A stretch of DNA of 38,306 nt from a virus (IMGVR_UViG_3300033406_000020:1-38306), one strand, 5' to 3'. Counted from the stretch's first letter, positions 18,592 through 27,975 are shown. Numbers and translations: made by a program. The notes: generated by a model not told the origin, from the letters alone.

Positions 18592-18858
18592 TCATTTGAG
18601 TTTCTTCAACTGCCGCACGCGCCGGGGCGAGATCCCCAGCTTGGCGGCCAGCTGGTCGGCGGCCATCTTCTGATCGGCTTCGGCCAGGGCTTCCAGGTGC
18701 GAGCGTTTTTTGTGGGCGGCGATGTAGGGCCGCTGGCATCCGAAGTCATTGCGGATGGCTTGCTCGATCTTCGACCAGGTGGCGTCGGGCACGTCTGGCA
18801 GTTGCCGGCGGGCGATGGCGAGGATGTCCTTGAGGTTATCGGCCATGGCGTCGGGCAT
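18592..18858 (-). CDS. Mor/C-like transcription activator (putative late activator)
   Basis: IRNDFGCQRPYI resembles the Mor FGG-x-x-x-YI segment; C-terminal HTH LAAKLGISPRRVRQL. Start is 18858 or 18846. Confidence 0.65.
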   Translation of the reverse strand: MPDAMADNLKDILAIARRQLPDVPDATWSKIEQAIRNDFGCQRPYIAAHKKRSHLEALAEADQKMAADQLAAKLGISPRRVRQLKKLK

Positions 18859-21028
18859 TCCGGTTGCGCAGCAGCGCCTGGAAGGCGGCAGCGGCGCGGG
18901 CTTGTTCGATCACGGTGTCGGCATCGGCGACCGGGTCAGCCGGCGTTTCTTGCGGTGCAGGCGTGTGTACCGCCGGGGTTTCGATCGGACTTTCGGTGAC
19001 TGGCGGGGTTGGCGTGACAGGTGCGGCGGGCGCGGGCGCGACGGGTTCGTCATCAATCAGCACGCCCTGGCGTAGTCGCAGCTCGTCGAGATCCCACTGG
19101 CCCGGCCGGCGCAGGTGCAGCTTGAGGTGACGGTAGAGATAGACGGCGTAGACCGTGCAGTCAAGGGCCTCGTTGCGGCGGTCGGTCCGCGCTTTCCAGA
19201 CGCGGCGCTTGGGGTTGAGGCGGCTGGGGATCTTGATTTCCGAGAGGAGCTGCTCGTAGAAGTCGGCCCGCACGCCTTCGTACCAGTGCATCCGGCCGGG
19301 GCCTTTGCCGGCCAGACGAACCCGGCCGCCCTCTTGTGCCCAGCCGAGGATCAGATCCTTGGCTTTGGCGGTGCCGACGATGTGGATCTGCACGCCGAAT
19401 TTGCTGGCCTTGGTAGCTTTGGCGTTGGGGTCAATGGCCTTGGGCGGGGTCCAGATTTCGACCTTGCCTTCGGCGTCGGCGGCGCCCTTGACGGCAATGA
19501 CCTGACGGTCGCGGCGGTTGTGCTTGCGGACGAAGGCGTATGAGGCGTCGGAAGTCTGGCCGTCCGAGCAGTCAATGGCGCAGGCCTGGATGCTGAGCGG
19601 ACCCACCCGCTTGCCGAGCAGGGCTTCGAGTTCGAGCCAGGCGCCGGCATGGGGCACGATGGTGGAGCCGTAGACTTCGCCCCAGTAGGCAAGCCACATT
19701 TCTTCGCCGCGGCCGGCGACCCAGCAGGTGATTGCCAACCGGTCATGCTGCACGTCGACCGTGAGCAGCGGGATCAGGCCGCCAGCCGGGACGGTCCATT
19801 CGGCATAGGACTCGGCACGGTTGCGCAGCTCGTCCTCTTCCGGAAGCTCGCCCTTGTACTCCCAGGGGATTCCCCGCGTGCTGTTCCAGTAGGCGACCAT
19901 GTCGGTCGGGTCGCCCTGCTCCATTTGATGCAGCGCCTTGACGTATTTCTCGGCCAGGATCGGGACGTAGCTGCCCTCGAAGCAGGACTGGAATTCGTTG
20001 AGGTAAAACCCGGGGTCGGTCGCGTCGGCGGTCGGTACCCAGCCATAGAGCGGCGGCACCAGGGCGGCGGCCTTGATGTTCGCGACGCGCTGCTGGTCGG
20101 TCCAGATCGAGCCGCAATGCGGGCAGGCGTAGTAGGCCTCTTCCGGGCGCGAACGGCCGTAGACGTCGCGCATAGGGTAGCGCTCGTCGATGTCGGGCGC
20201 CGATAGTTCGTCGGCGGTCAGGTTCAGGCCGGGGATGACCATGTAGTCATGGCTGACCTCGTGGCGCTCTCCGCAGTCATGGCAGGCGACCATGAACCGG
20301 CGCTGGTCGGTCGTCCGCATTTCCTTCTCGATCTCGCTGGCGCCCTTGGCGGTCGGCGTGCCGCCGATCAGCTCGAAGCTTTCGCGGATGGTCTTGCCGC
20401 GCTCGCGCAACAGGGTGATCGAGTTGCCCTGCCCCTTGACGTCCCGGTTGGTGTCGTCCGGCTCTTCGACATAGCGGACCTTGGCGCTGGTCGACTTGAC
20501 GTCGGCCGGGCTGTTCGAGGCGACGAACTTCAGCAGGCCGCCCGGGTAGTGCTTGCGGGTGGCGCTGTTGCCGTCGCTCCGGCTTTTCAGCTTGATGCGC
20601 TTGGCCAGCACCTTGGTGGCGCGCACCATCGGCGAGAACTTTTCGGCGTCGAAGTCTTTGGCCGACTTCTCGCGGGGGAACATGGCGACCTGCACGCAGG
20701 GCTTCCAGTGCGTGTAGTAGCCCATCAGCGTGCAGCACACGCCGGCCGTCCAGGCGATCTGCGCCGACTTCTGACCGACCAGGCGCTTGACGCCACGCTG
20801 GCCAGCGGCAGCCAATACGCCGCGCAGCACCGGGATGTTGTCCATCTTGAACTGACCGACGAAGTCGGGGTTCTCTTCCGAGCTGAGGCGGCGGTATTTC
20901 TCGACCCACTCCAGCGGCGATAGCGGCGGCCGGGGCTTGAGCTGGGCGAAGACGCGGCTCATCATCGAGTCGAGCGCCTGCCCGGCCCACAGATCAAGCT
21001 CATTCACCACGGCAGCCGGTGCGTTCAT
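18836..21028 (-). CDS. terL: Terminase large subunit, gpA family
   Basis: KSAQIAWT Walker A variant, YVEEPD Walker B, LLTVDVQ nuclease motif and RNEALDC. Confidence 0.95.
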   Translation of the reverse strand: MNAPAAVVNELDLWAGQALDSMMSRVFAQLKPRPPLSPLEWVEKYRRLSSEENPDFVGQFKMDNIPVLRGVLAAAGQRGVKRLVGQKSAQIAWTAGVCCTLMGYYTHWKPCVQVAMFPREKSAKDFDAEKFSPMVRATKVLAKRIKLKSRSDGNSATRKHYPGGLLKFVASNSPADVKSTSAKVRYVEEPDDTNRDVKGQGNSITLLRERGKTIRESFELIGGTPTAKGASEIEKEMRTTDQRRFMVACHDCGERHEVSHDYMVIPGLNLTADELSAPDIDERYPMRDVYGRSRPEEAYYACPHCGSIWTDQQRVANIKAAALVPPLYGWVPTADATDPGFYLNEFQSCFEGSYVPILAEKYVKALHQMEQGDPTDMVAYWNSTRGIPWEYKGELPEEDELRNRAESYAEWTVPAGGLIPLLTVDVQHDRLAITCWVAGRGEEMWLAYWGEVYGSTIVPHAGAWLELEALLGKRVGPLSIQACAIDCSDGQTSDASYAFVRKHNRRDRQVIAVKGAADAEGKVEIWTPPKAIDPNAKATKASKFGVQIHIVGTAKAKDLILGWAQEGGRVRLAGKGPGRMHWYEGVRADFYEQLLSEIKIPSRLNPKRRVWKARTDRRNEALDCTVYAVYLYRHLKLHLRRPGQWDLDELRLRQGVLIDDEPVAPAPAAPVTPTPPVTESPIETPAVHTPAPQETPADPVADADTVIEQARAAAAFQALLRNRNARRHGR

Positions 21029-21495
21029 CAGGCGTCCTCGTCCTCGTCGTCACTGGCATTGGCCCACTGCGCCAGCCGATTTAGAAAATTTTCGAATTCC
21101 GTCTGCAGCTGGGCCTCACGCTCCTGGACATCAGCCGGCAGTTCGCGGGCCAATCTCGGCACCGCATCCAGCCAGGCCTCACGAGCAGCGACGAAAGCGG
21201 CCTTCAATTTCGGCTCCAGCTGGTCAGCACGGATCAACTGGCCACGGCGTTCAGCGTTGTCCATCTCGATGCTGTCAGCCCGCACCCGCGCTAGGCGATC
21301 GTTCGGCGACTCCGCTTGCACCTTGCGCAACTCGCGGTCCACCAGCCAGCCGATGCAGACGTCTGTCTCGTACTCGCTCGGGATGCCGGGCGACCCGCGT
21401 TGCGCGATCGGAAACCCCTGCTCCTGCCAGTCGACAATCGTCTTCGGCGCCACCCCGAAAACCGCCGCAATCCGCTCCTGGCCTACAATGCGCAA
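21028..21495 (-). CDS. terS: Terminase small subunit, Nu1-like
   Basis: Winged HTH (QERIAAVFGVAPKTIVDWQEQGFP), TTG start with AGGAGG RBS. Confidence 0.9.
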   Translation of the reverse strand: MRIVGQERIAAVFGVAPKTIVDWQEQGFPIAQRGSPGIPSEYETDVCIGWLVDRELRKVQAESPNDRLARVRADSIEMDNAERRGQLIRADQLEPKLKAAFVAAREAWLDAVPRLARELPADVQEREAQLQTEFENFLNRLAQWANASDDEDEDA

Positions 21496-21519
21496 CTTAC
21501 TTACCTCCTACAGATTCAC

Positions 21520-21578
21520 AAAACTGGCGAAATCCTGCGGTCGTTTCGCGCCGCATGGGGATGGGCTGGGAAGGACCC
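21520..21578 (-). other. Lambda-like cos site (cosQ plus cosN)
   Basis: Minus strand: GGGTCCT (lambda cosQ sequence) at 21578-21572, then TGCG-GCGCGAAACGAC-CGCA followed by GGATTTCGC, just upstream of terS. Confidence 0.7.
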
Positions 21579-21600
21579 GCGAGGGGGGTGGGGGTATGGG

Positions 21601-22206
21601 TCATTTGATGTAGCCCTTCAGGACCGAACGAAGCTCGCGATTGAAGTTGGCTTCGAATCGCTTGAGGATGGTGGCCACCACCACCTCGTTGATGCGGCGC
21701 GTGTTGAACATCTGGGTGATATCGATGGTGCTCACCGCCTTGATGGGCATGCGCTTCTTCCCTACACGAATGAAGACCGTCCGCCCATCATTGCCAATGA
21801 ACGCACCCGTCACCACCTTGCGCCCGCCTGCCCGCTTAATCTGGAAGCCAAGCTGCCCAATAGACTGAGCACGGCCCGCACGCTTGGCTGTCCGCTTGGT
21901 AAGCACACCATCCTGGAATGCGATCAGGTTGGCGCCCCGCCCCTTCGCCTTGTTGGCTGCCTTGAGCTCAGCCTCGAACCTGTACTCACCTGGCTTGGCA
22001 ATCGCCCGGCGTACCGTCAGGCGTTCCTTGACCTGGGCACTGGTCACGTTGAACTCCTTCGATATCTGTTGCGCCATTGCCGGCTTTGCCTGGGTGATCG
22101 TCGTATTCATCGCGCGCACCATTGCTTTGCCGCCTGCCTTCTCGGGCAACTCCTTCAGCGCCTGGATCACCTGGGGGAAGTTGTGGCGGATGCTGATGTT
22201 GATCAT
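21601..22206 (-). CDS. Lambda gpZ-like minor tail protein
   Basis: Basic 201 aa; AMVRAMNTT...ISKEFNV, GAFI...VFIRVGKKRMPI. Confidence 0.7.
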   Translation of the reverse strand: MINISIRHNFPQVIQALKELPEKAGGKAMVRAMNTTITQAKPAMAQQISKEFNVTSAQVKERLTVRRAIAKPGEYRFEAELKAANKAKGRGANLIAFQDGVLTKRTAKRAGRAQSIGQLGFQIKRAGGRKVVTGAFIGNDGRTVFIRVGKKRMPIKAVSTIDITQMFNTRRINEVVVATILKRFEANFNRELRSVLKGYIK

Positions 22207-22553
22207 GCTGCTCTCCAGTCGGGACAGGTGGCGCCCAGGTCAGCGGGCGGGGCGTCGGTGCGGACATAGCAATCGCCACTACCAGGACGGCCGGGCGGTA
22301 GGACATGGCGGCAGGTGAGGCAGGCCGTCGGCCCACGGTGGGGTAGCGCCGGTACCGGGCCGTATTCCGATGCGGATAGCTCGGCCACCCATGCTGCCCA
22401 GGCCTTGATCAGCTCGGCATCACCGCCGGCGACGATGGCCCTGATCGCCAGGCCGATCTCATCAGCATCCGCCCAGGTCCATTCACCACGATCCAGCCGG
22501 AAGGCCATCACGCGGCCGAAATCGGCGCGCATTTGATCGATCAACGCATTCAT
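22203..22553 (-). CDS. Hypothetical protein with C-terminal Cys cluster
   Basis: MNALIDQMRADFGR...CLTCRH...C...C, with GGAG RBS. The longer upstream frame is repeat-derived. Confidence 0.55.
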   Translation of the reverse strand: MNALIDQMRADFGRVMAFRLDRGEWTWADADEIGLAIRAIVAGGDAELIKAWAAWVAELSASEYGPVPALPHRGPTACLTCRHVLPPGRPGSGDCYVRTDAPPADLGATCPDWRAA

Positions 22554-22584
22554 TTCGAACTCCCGGGCAGCGAATGCCGGGGAA

Positions 22585-22860
22585 GTTCCCAGCCTTCCCA
22601 CCATTGGTTTTGAGGTTGGGAAGGCGAAACCATTGCCCTTGCTGCTTCTTCCCAACCTTCCCAACCTTCCCAACCTAAAATAATGGTTATCACACACGTA
22701 CACGCGAGCGGGCGCGCGCCGGTGTGCATGCGCTCGTGTGTGTGCGGGTGAGAAAAGGCTGGGAAGGCTGGGAAGGTTGGGAACACCCTTGTGACACAAG
22801 GATTTGCGGCTCCCAACCTCAAAACGCAGGGTGGGAAGGTTGGGAACCAGGGTGGGAAGA
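22585..22860. repeat. Palindromically arranged 9-bp repeat array, probable replication origin
   Basis: About 13 copies of (C/G)TTCCCA(A/G/C)CC-like units, 6 forward and 7 reverse, around a purine-pyrimidine alternating core, immediately downstream of the primase-helicase. Confidence 0.7.
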
Positions 22861-22878
22861 AAGCCGAGGCCAGCGCGA

Positions 22879-25314
22879 TCAGAAATACGCATGGTTCGCG
22901 CCCTCCTCTGCACTATTCGTGCCACGCATGTCATCACGCTTCAAATGCGGGGGCAGGTACATCCGTCGTTCGCCGGGGTCAGCCGCTAGACGGTTCTCCT
23001 TTCGCCCACACTTGAGCCGCTTGAGGACGATCCCAAGGCGCGTCACAATCGCCGGTGTCAGCTTGTCGGCAGACAGGCCTAGCCCATCTGTCGCCGCATC
23101 CGCCATCGAGAACGGCTCCACCCTGCTCTCCACCCACGTCCGCAGGATGTCGTCAAACGGCTCCTGCATCCCCCGCTTAGCCTGCTCTGGGGTAAAGAGC
23201 CTGTCCTGCTCCTCGGGCACTGGGTACGCCCGCTCACCGGCGTGATAGTCCGCCAGCGCCTCGGCATACATCTGCGGCAAGGCATCCCGCAGCCCGTCCA
23301 AATTGAAGCTGGCGCCGCACATCACCGGCCAGAAACGCCGCCCGCCGGTCGCATCCTTGAGGTATTCCTCCTCGTTGGTCGTCCCGATGAACACGTTCTG
23401 GCGCGGCACCTTGATCAGCCGCGAACCGTACGGCGGCCTGAACTCATCCTCCTGCCGGCTCAAGAACGACTTCTGCTTGCGCTCCTCGGCCTTCATCAGC
23501 GAGCCCAGCTCCGCAATCTCATAGACCCAATGGCCCGGCAGCGCCAGGAGCGAATCCTTGTTCGACAGATCGAGGTCGGTATCGCAGAACCAATGCCAGG
23601 ACAACAAGCGGGCCACGGTCGACTTCCCCCGGCCCTGCTCGCCCTCCAGCACCAGGCAATAGTCGAACTTGCTGCCCGGCCGCATCACCCGCTGGATCAT
23701 CCCGCGCAGGAAGAACATGCCGACCAGCGCCGTGTATTCCGTCCTCTGCACGCCCAGGTAATCCGACAGCCACTCGCTGTTGCGCCGGATACCATCCCAA
23801 GGCGCCAGCGCCGAAAGCGCCTCCCGGACGGGGTGGAAACGATGATCGCGGGCCATCGACTCAACCGCCTTGCCCACCGTCGTCGGCGAAAACTCAACCC
23901 GCCACGCCCGCTGCAACCAGATCGTCGTTTTCACATCCAGATGATCGGACCACTCACCCTCGGCAGCACCACGCGGATCGAACGGCAAAGGCGACCGGAA
24001 CACCGTCCGTTCGGCAAACTCATCGTAAGCAATCACACCCTGCCAGGCCGGCATGTGCGACAAAATAAGCTCCGCATTGGCGAGGCACGGACTCAGCTCA
24101 CCCTTCTTGCTGATCAGATCGCGCTGCCAGTCATCGGCCGGCGGCTCAGGGGGCTCAGGCGGCGGCGAAGGCTCGCCGAAACCGCACTCCCGGGCAGCAT
24201 CCTCAAGCTCATCGGCAGACGCCGCTGGCGACTCCCCCGCGGGAGCCCCTGAAGGGGTAGAAGTGCTTTCGGCAGGTGGAGCATTCCGCTGGCGGCGCGC
24301 GCGCGCCTTCGTCCAGGGCGCCTGCCAACCAGCCTCCTCGGCCAGAGCGAACAAAGCCCCCAGCGTAACGTCCGACTTATCGAACGTCTTCCAGCGCCTT
24401 GTCATCTCATCGCCCTTGTACTTCGGGCTCTTCGACGACCAACCATCCCACACCAGAAAACCCGCCGAACCCAGGCCGTTAAAGCACGCCATCCCGACCT
24501 TCACCCACAGGTGATAGTCATCCGGCGCCAAATGCTGGATAGCCTCCTCGGCCAGCGCCACCGTCTCGGCAAGGCTCCGCTGCCGGCCGCCGACATGGGC
24601 GCCCTGGGCCGGCGCCTGATGCGGTACCGAAGGCGCCGGCGAACCGGAGCGCTTTGCCTGATCAACCGTCAGCTTCAACCGGCCCAGCGTCCGCTCCGGG
24701 ATCGCCGCCACCTCGGCCACGCTTCCCGGCCACGGATGGCCGGTAAAAGTAAAAAACTGGGCACCGCAAAACACCTCGACGCCGATATCGTTGCTCTTGA
24801 ACGACTTCTCGACATGGCCGAGGCCAATGATATGAACACCCTTGCCGCTCGGGGAAAACTCCGTATAACTCGCACAGGCCGAAATAATCGAAGCACAACG
24901 CTCCGCAATCTCCCCGCTCTCCGGATCGATCATTCCATCCAGATCGATCCCCACCAGGCCATCATCCGGTAGGAAGGCAAAGCCAACGCCATCCCAGCCA
25001 TTCCCATGACCATCGATCCGCTTGGCGGCCTCGGCCACCGTCGCAAAATCCACCAGGGCGGCACGATCCCGCTCATCGCCCTGCTTGCCGCCCCGCTTCC
25101 GGCCATTCGCGTAATACGGCATCTTGCGCGGCTTGGCCGTTGCCGACTCGCCCGGTTCATAGCGCCACATCAACCACTGCCGACGCCCAGCCAGATCGGC
25201 CACCACCGACGACACCGCCGGCACCGGATGCCGCGCCCGGAAATCGGCGCGATACGCAGCCAAATCCGCCCACGGCACCGCCACGGTTGTTCCACTATTA
25301 TTTTTATCGGACAT
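22879..25314 (-). CDS. Primase-polymerase / PriCT-2 / VirE-type helicase replication protein
   Basis: AEP motifs (GIDLD, SPSGKGVH), PriCT-2 segment (WVKVGMA...WDGWSSKSPKY) and Walker A GEQGRGKS. Confidence 0.9.
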   Translation of the reverse strand: MSDKNNSGTTVAVPWADLAAYRADFRARHPVPAVSSVVADLAGRRQWLMWRYEPGESATAKPRKMPYYANGRKRGGKQGDERDRAALVDFATVAEAAKRIDGHGNGWDGVGFAFLPDDGLVGIDLDGMIDPESGEIAERCASIISACASYTEFSPSGKGVHIIGLGHVEKSFKSNDIGVEVFCGAQFFTFTGHPWPGSVAEVAAIPERTLGRLKLTVDQAKRSGSPAPSVPHQAPAQGAHVGGRQRSLAETVALAEEAIQHLAPDDYHLWVKVGMACFNGLGSAGFLVWDGWSSKSPKYKGDEMTRRWKTFDKSDVTLGALFALAEEAGWQAPWTKARARRQRNAPPAESTSTPSGAPAGESPAASADELEDAARECGFGEPSPPPEPPEPPADDWQRDLISKKGELSPCLANAELILSHMPAWQGVIAYDEFAERTVFRSPLPFDPRGAAEGEWSDHLDVKTTIWLQRAWRVEFSPTTVGKAVESMARDHRFHPVREALSALAPWDGIRRNSEWLSDYLGVQRTEYTALVGMFFLRGMIQRVMRPGSKFDYCLVLEGEQGRGKSTVARLLSWHWFCDTDLDLSNKDSLLALPGHWVYEIAELGSLMKAEERKQKSFLSRQEDEFRPPYGSRLIKVPRQNVFIGTTNEEEYLKDATGGRRFWPVMCGASFNLDGLRDALPQMYAEALADYHAGERAYPVPEEQDRLFTPEQAKRGMQEPFDDILRTWVESRVEPFSMADAATDGLGLSADKLTPAIVTRLGIVLKRLKCGRKENRLAADPGERRMYLPPHLKRDDMRGTNSAEEGANHAYF

Positions 25315-25327
25315 GACTCAGCGCCGT

Positions 25328-25777
25328 TTAGCCGCGCACCGTCTTCAGCAGCTCAGCCGTCGCCTTCAGCAGATTCATCAACAGCGGCTCCATCTTCTTC
25401 CGCTCCTCGGCATCGAAGCGCAGATCCTTCGCGAACTCGCTGCCTGAACTAAACGCCGCCGACGCCTCGTGCAGCAGGGTCATGAATAACGGAACCGAAT
25501 CCGACGACGGGTGTCTATCCACGTCCACATCCATCGGCACCTGATTCACCAGCTGCGCCACCGCGAAAGCAGACCGCTTGCCCTGGCACAACTTCACCAG
25601 CTCCACAAACACCTCAAGCGACGGCGGCGCGGCATCGTGATCGGGATTCAGCTGATTCCCCAGCGTGTTGCCATTGCGACCGATAAACTCCGCAACGGCG
25701 CGGATACCACCGGGAAAATCCTTCGCATCCGCCTGCATGGCCAGGAACAACGAGCGATTGGTTTGCTTGATGGTCAT
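25328..25777 (-). CDS. Phage regulatory protein, CII-like
   Basis: FPGGIRAVAEFIGRNGNTLGNQLNPD; located between cro and the replication gene. Confidence 0.75.
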   Translation of the reverse strand: MTIKQTNRSLFLAMQADAKDFPGGIRAVAEFIGRNGNTLGNQLNPDHDAAPPSLEVFVELVKLCQGKRSAFAVAQLVNQVPMDVDVDRHPSSDSVPLFMTLLHEASAAFSSGSEFAKDLRFDAEERKKMEPLLMNLLKATAELLKTVRG

Positions 25778-25847
25778 ATGCGTACACCCTGAAATAAACG
25801 GCTATTTACGACGACAGCAAGGCCGCACAATGGCCCTGTCGAGAAAG

Positions 25848-25873
25848 AAAAAACCCGAGCCCGAAGGCCCGGG
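25848..25873 (-). terminator. tR1-like terminator between cro and cII
   Basis: CCCGGGCC-TTCG-GGCTCGGG followed by TTTTTT on the minus strand. Confidence 0.7.
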
Positions 25874-25924
25874 AAAGCCGGCAGGGGGCCGCCGACAGTG
25901 GAGACAACCTTGAATGGAGACGTC

Positions 25925-26374
25925 ATGACGACGGAAAAAACAATCGCCGAACTGAAAGAAAAACTCAGGCTGATCAGCGAACACCTCATCCGGCAGGGGG
26001 GGGTTATCGAACGCCAGGCCCACAGAATTACCGCGCTGGAAACAGACCACATTGCCCAAACGGCAAACTTCAAGGCCCTGACCAAGGTCTGCGCCATCAT
26101 GCTTCCCCTGATCGAGACGAACACGAACGCAGTGACACTAGCGCTGACGAAGGCAATTGCCCTGGCAACAGACGCCACTGAACTAAGCGAAAACGACCCC
26201 GAATATCAGCAAGCCGTTGCCGAATCGATTGAGCAGTGGCGCCAGGTGATTGCCGATGGGCGAGCGAATCGATCATCGTTTTCAACGACTCAGCCGAAGC
26301 CTTGGCTTGCTCACTCTCAGCCGCCTCAAGCGCTTGGCGCTGACGATGAGCAGCAACGTAAGGACGAGTTGTGA
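25925..26374 (+). CDS. Hypothetical helical protein, antisense to the cro operon
   Basis: GGAG RBS before ATG 25925; 149 aa, coiled-coil-like. Confidence 0.55.
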   Translation: MTTEKTIAELKEKLRLISEHLIRQGGVIERQAHRITALETDHIAQTANFKALTKVCAIMLPLIETNTNAVTLALTKAIALATDATELSENDPEYQQAVAESIEQWRQVIADGRANRSSFSTTQPKPWLAHSQPPQALGADDEQQRKDEL

Positions 26375-26445
26375 AACTGGAAGCTATCAACCGCCCGATG
26401 CGATCCCACTCATCGGGTGAAAGGTCGGGGCGTTCGATATCCATG

Positions 26446-26649
26446 TCAGGCCGCCTCTCGCTCTTGCAAAGAAGCCCGCACCTCATCGCGAAACTCAATG
26501 AGCGCATTGCCAAGCCCCCAGTTCGGCGACTTCCGGGAGCCACTCAGCAAACTGGATATGTAGCTCTGCCCGGTGCCGCATCGCTTGGCGATCTGCGCTT
26601 GGGTATGCCCGTTATCCAGCAGGAAGTTGATCAGTTCTTTCCAGTCCAT
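26446..26649 (-). CDS. cro: Cro-like HTH repressor
   Basis: TQAQIAKRCGTGQSYISSLLSG, 67 aa, divergent from the cI-like gene. Confidence 0.85.
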   Translation of the reverse strand: MDWKELINFLLDNGHTQAQIAKRCGTGQSYISSLLSGSRKSPNWGLGNALIEFRDEVRASLQEREAA

Positions 26650-26655
26650 GCGCCG

Positions 26656-26721
26656 ATTATCACATACGTGATTGCCGACAACAAGCACCATCGTGATTTA
26701 GTTTTTAATCACAATTGAAAT
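26656..26721. promoter_or_regulatory. OR-like operator/promoter region
   Basis: ATCACATACGTGAT (26659-26672), AGCACCATCGTGAT (26684-26697) and ATCACAATTGAAAT (26708-26721). Minus-strand promoter TTGTTG-N17-GATAAT. Confidence 0.75.
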
Positions 26722-26723
26722 AT

Positions 26724-27101
26724 ATGGAATACCTAACATTAGCCGAGCGACTCATCGCCAAACGGGAAGAGGCAAAACTCTCCCAGGCCGAACTCGCCAA
26801 AAAAGCCAAGCTGAAAAATCAATCCATCATTGGCATGCTGGAGTCTGGCGCCCGGAAATCGTCATCGCACATTCCGGCGATTGCGCACGCTCTTGGCGTG
26901 GAATCTCTTTGGCTATCATCGGGCACAGGCCCCGAGAAGCGCGGCGACATCAAGACCTACGAGCTTTCAGATACTGCAATGAAGATCGCGATGGCCGTCA
27001 ATGAGATGTCGCCAACCTACCAGATTGCCCTGCTGCAACTGATCACCATCGAACAGGCTAAGCAGGAAGGCAAAGCAATCAGCGAAAACAAGCAGCCTTA
27101 G
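26724..27101 (+). CDS. CI-like XRE HTH repressor without S24 peptidase domain
   Basis: LAERLIAKREEAKLSQAELAKKAKL...IAHALGVESLWLSSGTG; only about 125 aa. Confidence 0.85.
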   Translation: MEYLTLAERLIAKREEAKLSQAELAKKAKLKNQSIIGMLESGARKSSSHIPAIAHALGVESLWLSSGTGPEKRGDIKTYELSDTAMKIAMAVNEMSPTYQIALLQLITIEQAKQEGKAISENKQP

Positions 27102-27330
27102 GTAGACCAGAACATTCGGCAGGGGCGCTACCCTTCAAAACCACCTGCTGCCCATCCGGGTAAGTAACCACCAGTGCGGCATGCGCCGCCCCTTCAGCCA
27201 CCAGGCGATCCAGAGATAACTGGACAAACTCAAGCGCATCACCTATCAACTCAACAGCGTTATCCATTTCAAGTTCCATGCCGGTTTTTAACGGGCAGCT
27301 GCCACGGTCGCAGCTGATCAAGGTCGCCAT
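27079..27330 (-). CDS. Hypothetical protein
   Basis: 83-aa ORF convergent with cI; start uncertain. Confidence 0.4.
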   Translation of the reverse strand: MATLISCDRGSCPLKTGMELEMDNAVELIGDALEFVQLSLDRLVAEGAAHAALVVTYPDGQQVVLKGSAPAECSGLPKAACFR

Positions 27331-27531
27331 AATGTTACTTAATGGGCACCGACGACGAGGCGAACAGTATCAATAAGGCTATTCAACAACAATATAACAA
27401 ACGTTATAGAGACACCGCTCAATGCCACTTTCCGTGAGGTTTTTCACGGTTTAACGAATGCGTAACGCTAGATATTTTTAACCAGCGTCAAGTGTGTGTC
27501 ATGGCGAGCATAGCCTTCATATCATGAGCGG

Positions 27532-27909
27532 ATGACCCGAGATGACATCCGCCTTACCAACCTTCGCAAGCTCGTTCAAGAATACCGAACCATCACTGCA
27601 TTAGCCGAAGAAGTCGGCACCAGCGAAAAATACCTGTCACAGATACTTAGCGGCACCCTGCTCCCCAGCGGAAAACCGCGAGGCGTCGGCAATGCTCTCG
27701 CCAGAAAGCTGGAAACAGGAACCATGAAAGACCCGGGCTGGATGGATCTCGACCACGACAAAGACAGCACCACTGCCAATCATCCTGAACACACCCCGGA
27801 AGAGGCCGAGCTACTGCGCCTATTCAGACGGGCAAACCCGAGCAAACGCAAGGCAATGCTCAGCGTCGGCCGCATTCATTGCGACGACCGCGAAAAGGCT
27901 GATATATGA
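27532..27909 (+). CDS. Second XRE-like HTH regulator
   Basis: RLTNLRKLV...LAEEVGTSEKYLSQIL...ARKLE...GWMD; C-terminal EEAELLRLFRR. Confidence 0.8.
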   Translation: MTRDDIRLTNLRKLVQEYRTITALAEEVGTSEKYLSQILSGTLLPSGKPRGVGNALARKLETGTMKDPGWMDLDHDKDSTTANHPEHTPEEAELLRLFRRANPSKRKAMLSVGRIHCDDREKADI

Positions 27910-27975
27910 CATTGGTCGTATTGATGGCAGCATAAAGCGCCAGTACGATCAAACCTTTTCACAGAAAGGTTAAAC

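Noticed and set aside
22554-22937. N-terminal extension of the 22203-22937 ORF and other ORFs crossing this region
   Set aside because: The repetitive translations (LPTL, LGRLGR, GWEGWE) derive from the DNA repeat array.
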